Shown: positions 18,408 to 25,960 of the stretch, piece by piece
How the letters are laid out: each line of letters starts with the position of its first letter
How positions within the stretch are numbered: position 1 is the first letter of the stretch
The notes under the pieces: model-generated
What the model was told of the DNA's origin: nothing
What the model saw: the letters and a program-made list of their open reading frames with translations, nothing else
Databases searched by the model: none
Translations under genes and position numbers: made by a program
Virus record (IMG/VR): IMGVR_UViG_3300043478_000062
Span: 1-47,018 of that record
DNA: 47,018 nt
Source: a virus
Taxonomy: Duplodnaviria; Caudoviricetes
Reading direction: 5' to 3' (one strand)

Positions 18408-18629
18408 ATGACGATCAGCAGCGGTGCGTGGGCATTCGATCCCCCGCGCGACTACCGGCCGCTTGTGACCGGACGCCCCTGCGCTTTCTGCGGGGAGACG
18501 ATCACAGACACCGAGGGTCCCCGGCGCGGGGTGGTCTTGCGCGACCCCGCCTTTGTCTACCGCGACGGCCGGGCGCACCTGGGCTGTCTTGACCGGACCC
18601 TGGACGACCCGGAGCCCAGGGTCTACTGA
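18408..18629 (+). CDS. early zinc-finger-like protein (73 aa)
   Basis: AGGAG RBS; CAFC...HLGC. Confidence 0.72.
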   Translation: MTISSGAWAFDPPRDYRPLVTGRPCAFCGETITDTEGPRRGVVLRDPAFVYRDGRAHLGCLDRTLDDPEPRVY

Positions 18630-18684
18630 CCCTGCCCCGCCATCGGGTGCACGTCTCGCACGTGCGCCCTGTTGGTCCGGACAG
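18630..18684 (+). repeat. post-stop structured element D
   Basis: CCA/TGG, TC/TGT loop, GGGTGCACGT/ACGTGCGCCC. Confidence 0.65.
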
Positions 18685-18966
18685 AGCGCTAACCGCGCAC
18701 CTCCTGGTGCGCGGGCCCGGGCCCGCAGGGGGCCCTATGCACACCACGGAGGACAGGAGCGACATACGCACGGCCACGAGGCCGCCAGCGCGGCCGCAGG
18801 GCCCGAGGGAGGGGATGCCAGTCCGGGAGGACTGGGCGCGCTTCATGCGCGCATGCTGCGCGGGGTGTGCGCAGCACACACTTTGCTGAGCTTGCCGGGC
18901 GCCCTCTGAGGGAAGGGCGCCCGACTGGCCCCGCAAAGGGGATACCGGTAGGAGGGGACCGAGAAC

Positions 18967-19332
18967 GTGAACCGGAAACTTGCGGACGTGGTCCGGCAGG
19001 TCATCAGCGAGACGTATGGCGTGTGGCGGTGGACTCACCGCGAGGACCGAGACGGCCCAGAGCAGGACGACCGCGACGCCTTTGATTTCTGGGTAGCCAC
19101 AGAAGGGGACGTCACCGCCTTCCGTGACGCCTTCTACGGGGTGGCGAACGCAGTTCTCCCGCAGGTCCGTCCCGGCGACGGAGGCGAGGCCCTTGCGCTG
19201 CGGACGGAGCGCCGGGACGCGCTCTGGGATCAGGTAGAACCCCAGCTTGAGGCGTATGTGCAGGAGTGCCGCTTCGCCAGGTACACGGGATGGAGCCGGG
19301 CCTCATCCGGCCCGATCCGGCGTGTCCGCTGA
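18967..19332 (+). CDS. early hypothetical protein (121 aa)
   Basis: GGAGG RBS; GTG start. Confidence 0.72.
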   Translation: MNRKLADVVRQVISETYGVWRWTHREDRDGPEQDDRDAFDFWVATEGDVTAFRDAFYGVANAVLPQVRPGDGGEALALRTERRDALWDQVEPQLEAYVQECRFARYTGWSRASSGPIRRVR

Positions 19333-19534
19333 CTGTTCACCACCGGTGCGGTTCACCTCCGGGTGAGCCGTCGCCGTGACTGCGCAGCCGCAGTCACCAG
19401 CACCCCGCGCCTCCCCCACCTCTCCCGGGTTGCAGGCGCGGGGGTTCACCCCTCAGGGAGAGGATTCAGGCCCTCTGGCCTGACAGCGCACCGTGAGGTG
19501 CGTCAGAATCAGTGCACGCTCAGGAGAGGGAGCC

Positions 19535-19816
19535 ATGGACACCGAACAGATCACTCTCACGCGAGAGCAGTGGGAGAGCATCCGCAGGCAAGCGCGGGGC
19601 GCCGGGGACGGCATCAACACCGGGCACAACAATCTGCGAGTTCAGGCCGGGGGATTCCCGGGTTCGAGTCACGAGGCCGGTATCCACTGGGCCGTTGGCC
19701 GCATTATCAGCGAGGGCCTGGAGTCGGCCCCCGAGGGCGACAGTGTCACTCTCGCCCTTAGTCCGGTCGCGGTCAGGGACATGAAATTCCACGGCTACCT
19801 GCCGCAGGAGGCGTGA
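19535..19816 (+). CDS. early hypothetical protein (93 aa)
   Basis: AGGAGAGGGAG RBS. Confidence 0.72.
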   Translation: MDTEQITLTREQWESIRRQARGAGDGINTGHNNLRVQAGGFPGSSHEAGIHWAVGRIISEGLESAPEGDSVTLALSPVAVRDMKFHGYLPQEA

Positions 19817-19819
19817 GTC

Positions 19820-20596
19820 ATGTCTGACAGCACGATGCGCGCCAAGCGCGCCATGCAGGCCTTAAGGGCCGCTGACCAGCGCGGCGTGGGCCAGGTCGCC
19901 GGCGGCATGGGCGCGGAGGCGATAGACCGCCTGGCGGCACTGGACGAGTGCACCCTGGCCTACCGGACATGGAGTCCCCGCGTGGTTCCCGGGCTCCTCC
20001 AGACCCCCGCGTACACCGCGGGTGCCATCAAGAGCCACACGCCCGGGCGGCCGACGGAGGACGTCGGCCCTCTGGTCACGCACCGCCGCAGGCGGTCGGA
20101 GGCGTTTTTCAACCGCCGCGCACATCTGAACGGGTGCCTGGCCTGGTTCCTGATCGGGGAAAACGCGATCAGATACCCCCTGATGAACGCCCACAGCCAC
20201 GCGGAGCAGCTGCGGCAGCTCCTGTCGCAGATCGAGGAGCCGAACAACGTCGTGATCCAGGTGCTCCCCGTGGACACCCCGATCCCGGTCACGGCGGAGC
20301 CGTTCAGCCTCTTCGTCCTGGATCCCGGACCCATTGTGGGCCACCTGGAGACAGCAATCGGAGGGTTCTATACGATCACCACCGAGGACATCGCCACGCT
20401 CAACGGCGCGTTCTCAGACATGGTCGGGCGTGCTATGAGCACGCGCGATTCCCGGGAGTTCATCAGGGAGGAGCTGTACGGATGCTCAGGATCAGGCCAG
20501 ACCTCGGCGTATACCGCGGAGCCCACTACGCCACATCCAGTTACACCAACCCCGAAAACTGTGTTGCCGTCGCCGTCGCCGGAGGCGTCGGCGTGA
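19820..20596 (+). CDS. DUF5753 (Scr1-like) protein lacking the N-terminal XRE HTH; TTA at codon 15
   Basis: VVPGLLQTPAY, FLIGENAI, AEQLRQL, NVVIQVLP, STRDSREFI motifs; only about 35 aa precede the domain. Confidence 0.85.
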   Translation: MSDSTMRAKRAMQALRAADQRGVGQVAGGMGAEAIDRLAALDECTLAYRTWSPRVVPGLLQTPAYTAGAIKSHTPGRPTEDVGPLVTHRRRRSEAFFNRRAHLNGCLAWFLIGENAIRYPLMNAHSHAEQLRQLLSQIEEPNNVVIQVLPVDTPIPVTAEPFSLFVLDPGPIVGHLETAIGGFYTITTEDIATLNGAFSDMVGRAMSTRDSREFIREELYGCSGSGQTSAYTAEPTTPHPVTPTPKTVLPSPSPEASA

Positions 20597-20688
20597 AGGA
20601 CTCCAAGGACCCGCACGGTCCCGTGCTGGAGTTCGGGCGGGACGCCTGGGCGTCCTTCACGGAGTTCGCCAAGGAGTTCACTGTCTGA
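20482..20688 (+). CDS. DUF397 (Scr2-like) protein (68 aa)
   Basis: SSYT...NCVAVA...VGVKDSKDPHGPVLEF...AWASF signature; GGGAGGAG RBS; overlaps the DUF5753 3' end. Confidence 0.9.
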   Translation: MLRIRPDLGVYRGAHYATSSYTNPENCVAVAVAGGVGVKDSKDPHGPVLEFGRDAWASFTEFAKEFTV

Positions 20689-20697
20689 CAGCACACC

Positions 20698-20724
20698 GGC
20701 CCCCGCTTCACGGCGGGGGCTTCT
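20698..20724 (+). terminator. hairpin/terminator before the tRNA
   Basis: GCCCCCGC-loop-GCGGGGGC followed by TTCT. Confidence 0.5.
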
Positions 20725-20728
20725 CCAT

Positions 20729-20805
20729 GCTCCCGTAGCTCAGCTGGTCAGAGCGCCGTCCTGATAAGGCGGAGGTGCCTGGTTCGAGCCCAGGCGGGAG
20801 TACCA
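20729..20805 (+). tRNA. tRNA-Ile(GAT)
   Basis: Acceptor GCTCCCG/CGGGAGT; D arm GCTC/GAGC; anticodon loop CTGATAA; GGTTCGAGCCC T-arm; encoded CCA. Confidence 0.93.
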
Positions 20806-20838
20806 AGGGGCGTCCCGCGGCATCGGGGCGCCCCTTTT
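20806..20838 (+). terminator. intrinsic terminator-like hairpin after the tRNA
   Basis: AGGGGCG...CGCCCCT followed by T tract. Confidence 0.55.
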
Positions 20839-20865
20839 CCCATCCCGACCGGAGAGGACACGAGC

Positions 20866-21237
20866 ATGTACCCGGAAGTGGAGGCGTTTTTCGCCTCGTT
20901 CGGACAGGCGCACAAACGGTTCTACGTGGCCCTGGCCACCGAGACGGGGCACACCGAGCCGTCCCTCGCCTGGGACCAGCTCAGCGCGGACCGGGCGGCG
21001 GCCTGGGACGCCTTGCAGGCGTCCGCCGACCCGCTGATCCGCTGGATCGCGGAGAACGCCCGGGCGTTCCCGGACGAGGCCAGGGTCGTCCTGGGGGCCC
21101 TGCCGGCGAGCGCGGCCGAGCTGGACAGGATTGCCGAGTGGCACGGATGGTGCGAGTCCTGGACCGGCCTCAGGGAAGCCGCCGAAGCGGCGGGCGTCCT
21201 GCCGGTCACGGCCCCGGCGGAGGCGAGCGAGCGATGA
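20866..21237 (+). CDS. hypothetical protein (123 aa)
   Basis: GGAGAGG RBS. Confidence 0.75.
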   Translation: MYPEVEAFFASFGQAHKRFYVALATETGHTEPSLAWDQLSADRAAAWDALQASADPLIRWIAENARAFPDEARVVLGALPASAAELDRIAEWHGWCESWTGLREAAEAAGVLPVTAPAEASER

Positions 21238-21638
21238 GCGAGACCTACAATGTCGATCTTCTGATGCAGGTCCGGGAGAAGGTCCTCACCGAGCCGGAGG
21301 CTCACCAGCAGAACTGGTGGGCCAGGGCCGGGACCGACCCCCGGAAGGGGGACGGGTGCGGCACCACGTACTGCGTCGCAGGCTGGGCCGCAGTCCTGGA
21401 CGGCCAGGCGCTGAGCTGGCAGTACGGCGAGGACTCCCTTGCATTCGCTTGGCAAGCGTTCGACCTGGCGGACGGGAGGACGATCATGGATTACGCACAA
21501 GGCGCACTGGGTCTGTCGCCCCATGAGGCCAAGGTGCTCTTTCGCGGCGGCAACAGCCAGGACTCCGTTCTGGCCGCCCTCGACTCGCTGATCGAGGCGG
21601 GCAAGAACGGGGAGCGCCTTCCCAAGGGCATACTATGA
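21234..21638 (+). CDS. hypothetical protein (134 aa, CGTTYCVAGWA motif)
   Basis: ATGA coupling; CGT..C.AGW motif familiar from actinophage hypothetical proteins. Confidence 0.78.
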   Translation: MSETYNVDLLMQVREKVLTEPEAHQQNWWARAGTDPRKGDGCGTTYCVAGWAAVLDGQALSWQYGEDSLAFAWQAFDLADGRTIMDYAQGALGLSPHEAKVLFRGGNSQDSVLAALDSLIEAGKNGERLPKGIL

Positions 21639-21889
21639 GGCTCGCTCCGCGCACGACAGTGCGCTGCACCGTCCCGTACGGGCGGCCGTTCCGCGGCCGG
21701 ACCGTGCGGGGGGAGCACCCCCCCGGCCTGGTCCGTGTCCGCCTGGCGGCGGACTGCTCACGCGGGCGCAAGGGCAAATGCGTGTACGTGCTGGCCAAGC
21801 ACACAGCGCCCTGCGGGCGCGGTCGGCACGCCTCTGGCGTGCGGGTCTGGGGTCCGGCATGGCTGCATCCCTCGTGGGTGCGCAGGTAA
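21635..21889 (+). CDS. Arg-rich hypothetical protein (84 aa)
   Basis: ATGA coupling only. Confidence 0.45.
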   Translation: MRLAPRTTVRCTVPYGRPFRGRTVRGEHPPGLVRVRLAADCSRGRKGKCVYVLAKHTAPCGRGRHASGVRVWGPAWLHPSWVRR

Positions 21890-21933
21890 AGCACAGGCAA
21901 AGCTTGGGCCATCGGTCCGAGATGCCCCTGGCG

Positions 21934-21951
21934 CGTCCGATCCATCGGACG
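21934..21951. promoter_or_regulatory. palindromic operator CGTCCGAT-CC-ATCGGACG upstream of the HTH gene
   Basis: Matches TCCGA-N4-TCGGA at 15518-15531; followed by -10-like TACGGT. Confidence 0.55.
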
Positions 21952-21998
21952 CTACGGTGATCTTTCTGTTTATCACCAGGTACAGACCAGGAGCATGC

Positions 21999-22277
21999 AT
22001 GCCACGCGGACCCAAGCCAGCCCTGCCGCCCGAGCGCCGCCATGCGCTGGAGGCGGAGCTGCGCCTGTATGCGCGGGAAGAGCGTCGCGCGACATTGGAA
22101 AAACACATCCACGTGTCCCGGTCGTACGACGCCGGGATGTCGCTGGGCGACATAGCCCGGATCTACGGCGTCTCGCGGGACACGGCCATGCGCTGGAAGG
22201 ACTCAGGTGAGCGCGAGAGAGATCGCCGCCGTAGCGGCGATCCTGACGGACCCCGAGAACAGGGAGCGAACTGCTGA
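21999..22277 (+). CDS. HTH DNA-binding protein, candidate repressor (92 aa)
   Basis: GMSLGDIARIYGVSRDTAMRW helix-turn-helix; AGGAG RBS; near the integrase. Confidence 0.82.
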   Translation: MPRGPKPALPPERRHALEAELRLYAREERRATLEKHIHVSRSYDAGMSLGDIARIYGVSRDTAMRWKDSGERERDRRRSGDPDGPREQGANC

Positions 22278-22782
22278 AGAGGTCGCAGACCTGGTCATAG
22301 ACCAGCTTGACGACCTCCGCGCCCGCACCCACCGCCTTGCAGTGGTCGGGCAGATCGCCTTCCCGCAGGCCCCGGAGACGACCCATACGGTCGTCCTGGG
22401 GCCCTTCGGCGCCCGGGGCATCCTGGACAGCCAGGAGAAGTTCTTGAAAGCCGTACAGGGCGGCTCAGCCGCCCGCAGGGCGGGACAGGATCTCGCCTGG
22501 GACACAAAGACCGGCCGCGGCCGGGGCCGCTTCATGCTGGCCCCGGCATTCCAGCGGCCGCGGGCCGCCTGGGAGTTTTTCCGCCAGCCGGAACCCGAGA
22601 TCCCGGCACGCTTCGCATGGATCGCGGAGTCAATCCGGCGCTGGGAAGCCGGAGGCTGGAAGGCCGGATACGGCCCCGTCTGCCACTGCGGCGCACAGCG
22701 CCCGGGGCGGATCAACCGCACGTCCGCCGGGGGCCTGGCCCCCACGGGGCCCTGCCCCGTACACGACAGGGAGGGCGCATGA
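22207..22782 (+). CDS. hypothetical protein (191 aa) with C-terminal CxC...CPVH
   Basis: ORF with good codon usage; overlaps the HTH gene tail. Confidence 0.7.
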   Translation: MSAREIAAVAAILTDPENRERTAEEVADLVIDQLDDLRARTHRLAVVGQIAFPQAPETTHTVVLGPFGARGILDSQEKFLKAVQGGSAARRAGQDLAWDTKTGRGRGRFMLAPAFQRPRAAWEFFRQPEPEIPARFAWIAESIRRWEAGGWKAGYGPVCHCGAQRPGRINRTSAGGLAPTGPCPVHDREGA

Positions 22783-22949
22783 CTGGCATACCCACCCCGG
22801 ACGAAGCCCGGGAGTGGCTCAAGGAGCACGAGAGCGAACTCGACCTCACGGTCATCTGGACGGAGACCGACGCTCCCGGCTCCGCGGAGCGGCATCTGAA
22901 GCTGCTGAAAATGCTTTTCGGTCCCGCGGAGCCACCCAGAGCGGCATAA
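22779..22949 (+). CDS. small protein upstream of the integrase (56 aa), possible directionality factor
   Basis: GGGAGG RBS; ATGA coupling; function from position only. Confidence 0.6.
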   Translation: MTGIPTPDEAREWLKEHESELDLTVIWTETDAPGSAERHLKLLKMLFGPAEPPRAA

Positions 22950-23016
22950 TCCGCCGCATGGGTGACCCCGGCAGCGCAGCAACGCCCCGGGGTCCGGCCA
23001 GTCGGAAGGGACTGAC

Positions 23017-24729
23017 ATGAACAAGGCTCTCACGGAAGCGCTCGACGCGATCGGCACCTATCAGCGCCCGCGCCTGCGGGCCGTGCTCTATCTGCGCGTC
23101 TCCACGGAGGAGCAGGCAGAAGGCTACGGCCTCACTTTCGGCGAGAAGCGCGGACTGCGCTACATCGGCTCCAAGAACTGGGAGCACGTCGGGACCTACA
23201 AAGACCCGGGCGTCAGCGGCAGCCTTCAGGCTGCCGACAGGCCCGACCTGAAACGGCTCATGGAAGCCGCCCCGGGCAAGGGCTTCGACGTAGTCGTAGT
23301 CCCCGAATCCCGCGTCATCGGACGCACCGACCGGGCGTACTACTCCTGGGTGTGGGAGCTGGAAGATCAGGGCATCTTCGTCGCCGACGCCAAGACCGGC
23401 ATGGACAACACCTCCGAAGAGGGCAAGGAAGCCATGCGGGAGGAGGCGCACTACGCCTTCAAGGAATACATCCGCATCCGGACCCGGACCCAGAACGGGG
23501 TCCAGGAAAAAGCCCTGGAGGGCGGCTACGCAGGCGGCAAGCCGAAGTTCGGCTACCGCGTGGAGAACCTGGGCAAGAAGAGCCTGTCCCGGCTTGTGCC
23601 GGACGAGTGCGACGGCAGGGAGGCGTGCGCCTACAAAGACGGCGCATGCACCGCCCGCCACGAGGCGGACACCCTGCGCATCGCGCGCAGACTCGTGCTG
23701 GAGCACGAGGGCGCATGGCACGACGCAGCCCTGGCGCTGAACGCGCAGGGGCGCACCACCAGGACCGGAAAGCCCTGGACGGGCGGAGACCTGCGTATCG
23801 TCCTGATGCGCGAAGACCTGCACAAAGCACAGGTCCGCTTCCGGAAAGTCCGCAAGAGCAAGGAGACCGCCCGCGAGAGCGTCACCATCAAGCTCACGCC
23901 GATCTTCTCCGAAGAGGAGATAGCGGAGCTGAAGGCCGCAGTGCGGCCCCGGCGGCGCATCACCAAGCGGGCCGAGGGCTTCATGCTCTCCGGCCGCATC
24001 GACTCACTGTGCGGCTCCTACTACGTAGGCCGCGGCAAGCACTACATGTGCCGGATGCGCACGCACAAGAATGCGTGCGGCTGCCCCGCCGTCCCGGCGA
24101 GCATCACTGACGCCTGGGCCTGGGGCCACGTGCAGAGCCTGCTCATGGACGCCGAACGCATGAAGAAGCTGGCCCGGGAACAGGCGGGACTGAGCGCGGG
24201 CAGCCGTGCCGACTATCTGAAGCGCCTGGCGGACCTCGACCGCCAGATCGAGGAGCAAACCGAGACCATCGACCTGACCATGACCACCGCCGCCCGCGCG
24301 GCGGCCCGGCGCAAGCTCCCCCGGGAGGAGGCCGAGAAAGCCGTGGAACGGGCCGTCAGGCCCCTGGAAAAGGAACTGGCAGCCCTGGGCAGGCAGCGGG
24401 CCCAGGTAGCCGCCTGGCAGGCGGAGACAGAGACCGCCAGCCGGCAGGCGGAGGCCCTTCAGGCCCTGGCCGCCGATGCACAGCACCAGCTGGACAGCTT
24501 CACGCCCCGCCAGAAGGCGGACCTCCTGGGTCTGCTGAGTCTCCGGGTTGCCGTGAAGGGCCAGCGGTCGGCTCCGTCGACCCGGAGCCGGGTTGTTCTT
24601 CCCCCGATGGTGATGACCGGGGGTGTTCATCTCGGCGCCCTTGGAGCCATTGGCGACACTGGGATGTCTTGCCCTTGGGTAAGCACCTCGCCTGTCATTG
24701 TTCGGTTCTCGATGGCGGTAGCCGCCTGA
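23017..24729 (+). CDS. int: large serine recombinase (integrase)
   Basis: YLRVSTEEQ catalytic Ser motif; DPGVSG...RPDL; SRVIGR; recombinase domain; Zn ribbon; coiled coil. Confidence 0.95.
   Translation: MNKALTEALDAIGTYQRPRLRAVLYLRVSTEEQAEGYGLTFGEKRGLRYIGSKNWEHVGTYKDPGVSGSLQAADRPDLKRLMEAAPGKGFDVVVVPESRVIGRTDRAYYSWVWELEDQGIFVADAKTGMDNTSEEGKEAMREEAHYAFKEYIRIRTRTQNGVQEKALEGGYAGGKPKFGYRVENLGKKSLSRLVPDECDGREACAYKDGACTARHEADTLRIARRLVLEHEGAWHDAALALNAQGRTTRTGKPWTGGDLRIVLMREDLHKAQVRFRKVRKSKETARESVTIKLTPIFSEEEIAELKAAVRPRRRITKRAEGFMLSGRIDSLCGSYYVGRGKHYMCRMRTHKNACGCPAVPASITDAWAWGHVQSLLMDAERMKKLAREQAGLSAGSRADYLKRLADLDRQIEEQTETIDLTMTTAARAAARRKLPREEAEKAVERAVRPLEKELAALGRQRAQVAAWQAETETASRQAEALQALAADAQHQLDSFTPRQKADLLGLLSLRVAVKGQRSAPSTRSRVVLPPMVMTGGVHLGALGAIGDTGMSCPWVSTSPVIVRFSMAVAA
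24655..24696. other. candidate attP within the integrase 3' end (central TT at 24675-24676)
   Basis: Dyad symmetry about TT at positions 1-3, 5-7 and 17-20 (GACA...CTTGCCC TT GGGTAAG...TGTC); local drop in GC and codon bias. Confidence 0.5.
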
Positions 24730-24742
24730 CCTGCAACAATCC

Positions 24743-24770
24743 AAGGCCCACCGATCCGGGTGGGCCTTTT
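24743..24770 (+). terminator. intrinsic terminator after the integrase
   Basis: AAGGCCCACC/GGTGGGCCTT followed by TT. Confidence 0.8.
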
Positions 24771-24789
24771 GCATGCCCGAAGGAGAGAC

Positions 24790-25035
24790 ATGAAGGATGC
24801 AGACAAGCTCGCTCGGGACGTCTGCCGCCCCTTGGTCGAACGGCACTTCAGGGACCACCCCCTGTACGACCTGATCATGCAGGCGTACGACCGGGGCACC
24901 GTCCCGCCGGAGCAGTGGGACCTCTGGTTCGGGGATATGGAAGTCGTCGCCTGGGAGCGGCTGAAGAACCTCACGAACCGTGACAACGGCGATGGCACGT
25001 TCACCTTCGAGATGCACAAGGAGCCGCGGACATGA
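24790..25035 (+). CDS. hypothetical protein (81 aa)
   Basis: AAGGAG RBS. Confidence 0.75.
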   Translation: MKDADKLARDVCRPLVERHFRDHPLYDLIMQAYDRGTVPPEQWDLWFGDMEVVAWERLKNLTNRDNGDGTFTFEMHKEPRT

Positions 25036-25109
25036 GCACGGAAGAGCCCGCCTGGAGGCGGGAGCTGGAGGGACGGGCCGCCGACCTCATCGAACCGGAC
25101 ACGCCGTGA
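25032..25109 (+). CDS. 25-aa coupling peptide (MSTEEPAWRRELEGRAADLIEPDTP)
   Basis: ATGA overlap upstream and GTGA overlap downstream; AAGGAG RBS. Confidence 0.45.
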   Translation: MSTEEPAWRRELEGRAADLIEPDTP

Positions 25110-25960
25110 TCCCCGCGGCGCCTGATCCGCGCAAGTGCGCGGCGCTGGACAAGGAGGAGCTGGAGGGGACGTTCTGGTATCCGGGCCCCCTGCCCGTCAG
25201 CACCCAGCCGGGGGCCCGCCCCCTGAGCCGCTGGCGTCTGGCCAAGAAAGTGTGCGAGTCCTGCCCTGTGAAGTCGCGCTGCCGCGCGACAAGCTGGGGC
25301 GAGGAGTTCGGGGTCTGGGGTGGTACCGACCAGTACGAGCGGTACAAGTTCCGCCGGAACCTGACCAGGCGCCTCGCCCTGATGGACAGGAAAGAGCGGG
25401 CGAAGCTCGCGGAAACCCTGTACGGGATGCGCGGCGCCACGGGGTGGCGCATCGACGCCGTAACCCGCGAGACGGGCTACGCGGCTGCGATGGTGACCGC
25501 GCTGGTCGGGGAGCACGTCCAGCGCCTGAAGGCGGAGCGTGAGGCTCCCGCAGAGGCGCCCCGGGACGCCGTGGACTGGGCCCGGTCCCGCCGCTGGCCC
25601 TCCGGACCCCCGGCGGGGGACGCCTGGGTGGAGCGGGGCGGGACAGTCCATTCCGCTCAGTACGTGGGCCAGACGGCCAATGGCCGCTGGCTGCGCATGA
25701 GCATGCGGCTCGGGAAGCCGAGCCCGGTCATGCGCTGGGTCCCGGCAGACCGCGTGGACCTGCGCACGGAGATCGCGCCCGTGGTCATGAAGAAGGGGGC
25801 CCGCGGTCCCCGCGGGGCTGCGGCCGTCAATGCCCGCAAGACGCACTGCATCCGCGGGCACGAATTCACCCCGGAGAACACGTACAGGTCCTCCGACCAG
25901 AAGCGGGCGTGCCGTACATGCAACGACGAACGGCAACGGGAAAGGAGGGTCCGGTGCTGA
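25106..25960 (+). CDS. whiB: WhiB-family transcription factor fused to additional domains (about 284 aa)
   Basis: C...AKKVCESCPVKSRC...GVWGG; C-terminal NARKTHCIRGHEFTPENTY...CRTC. Confidence 0.85.
   Translation: MIPAAPDPRKCAALDKEELEGTFWYPGPLPVSTQPGARPLSRWRLAKKVCESCPVKSRCRATSWGEEFGVWGGTDQYERYKFRRNLTRRLALMDRKERAKLAETLYGMRGATGWRIDAVTRETGYAAAMVTALVGEHVQRLKAEREAPAEAPRDAVDWARSRRWPSGPPAGDAWVERGGTVHSAQYVGQTANGRWLRMSMRLGKPSPVMRWVPADRVDLRTEIAPVVMKKGARGPRGAAAVNARKTHCIRGHEFTPENTYRSSDQKRACRTCNDERQRERRVRC

Noticed and set aside
16062-18684. CRISPR array or mini-array linked to the Cas4-like gene
   Set aside because: Elements are not identical repeats, and the intervening DNA is whole genes of variable length; stand-alone Cas4-like nucleases are common in phage replication modules
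20729-20805. tRNA as the attP core
   Set aside because: tRNA targeting is typical of tyrosine integrases; the gene is complete and far from int, and a better dyad lies at 24655-24696
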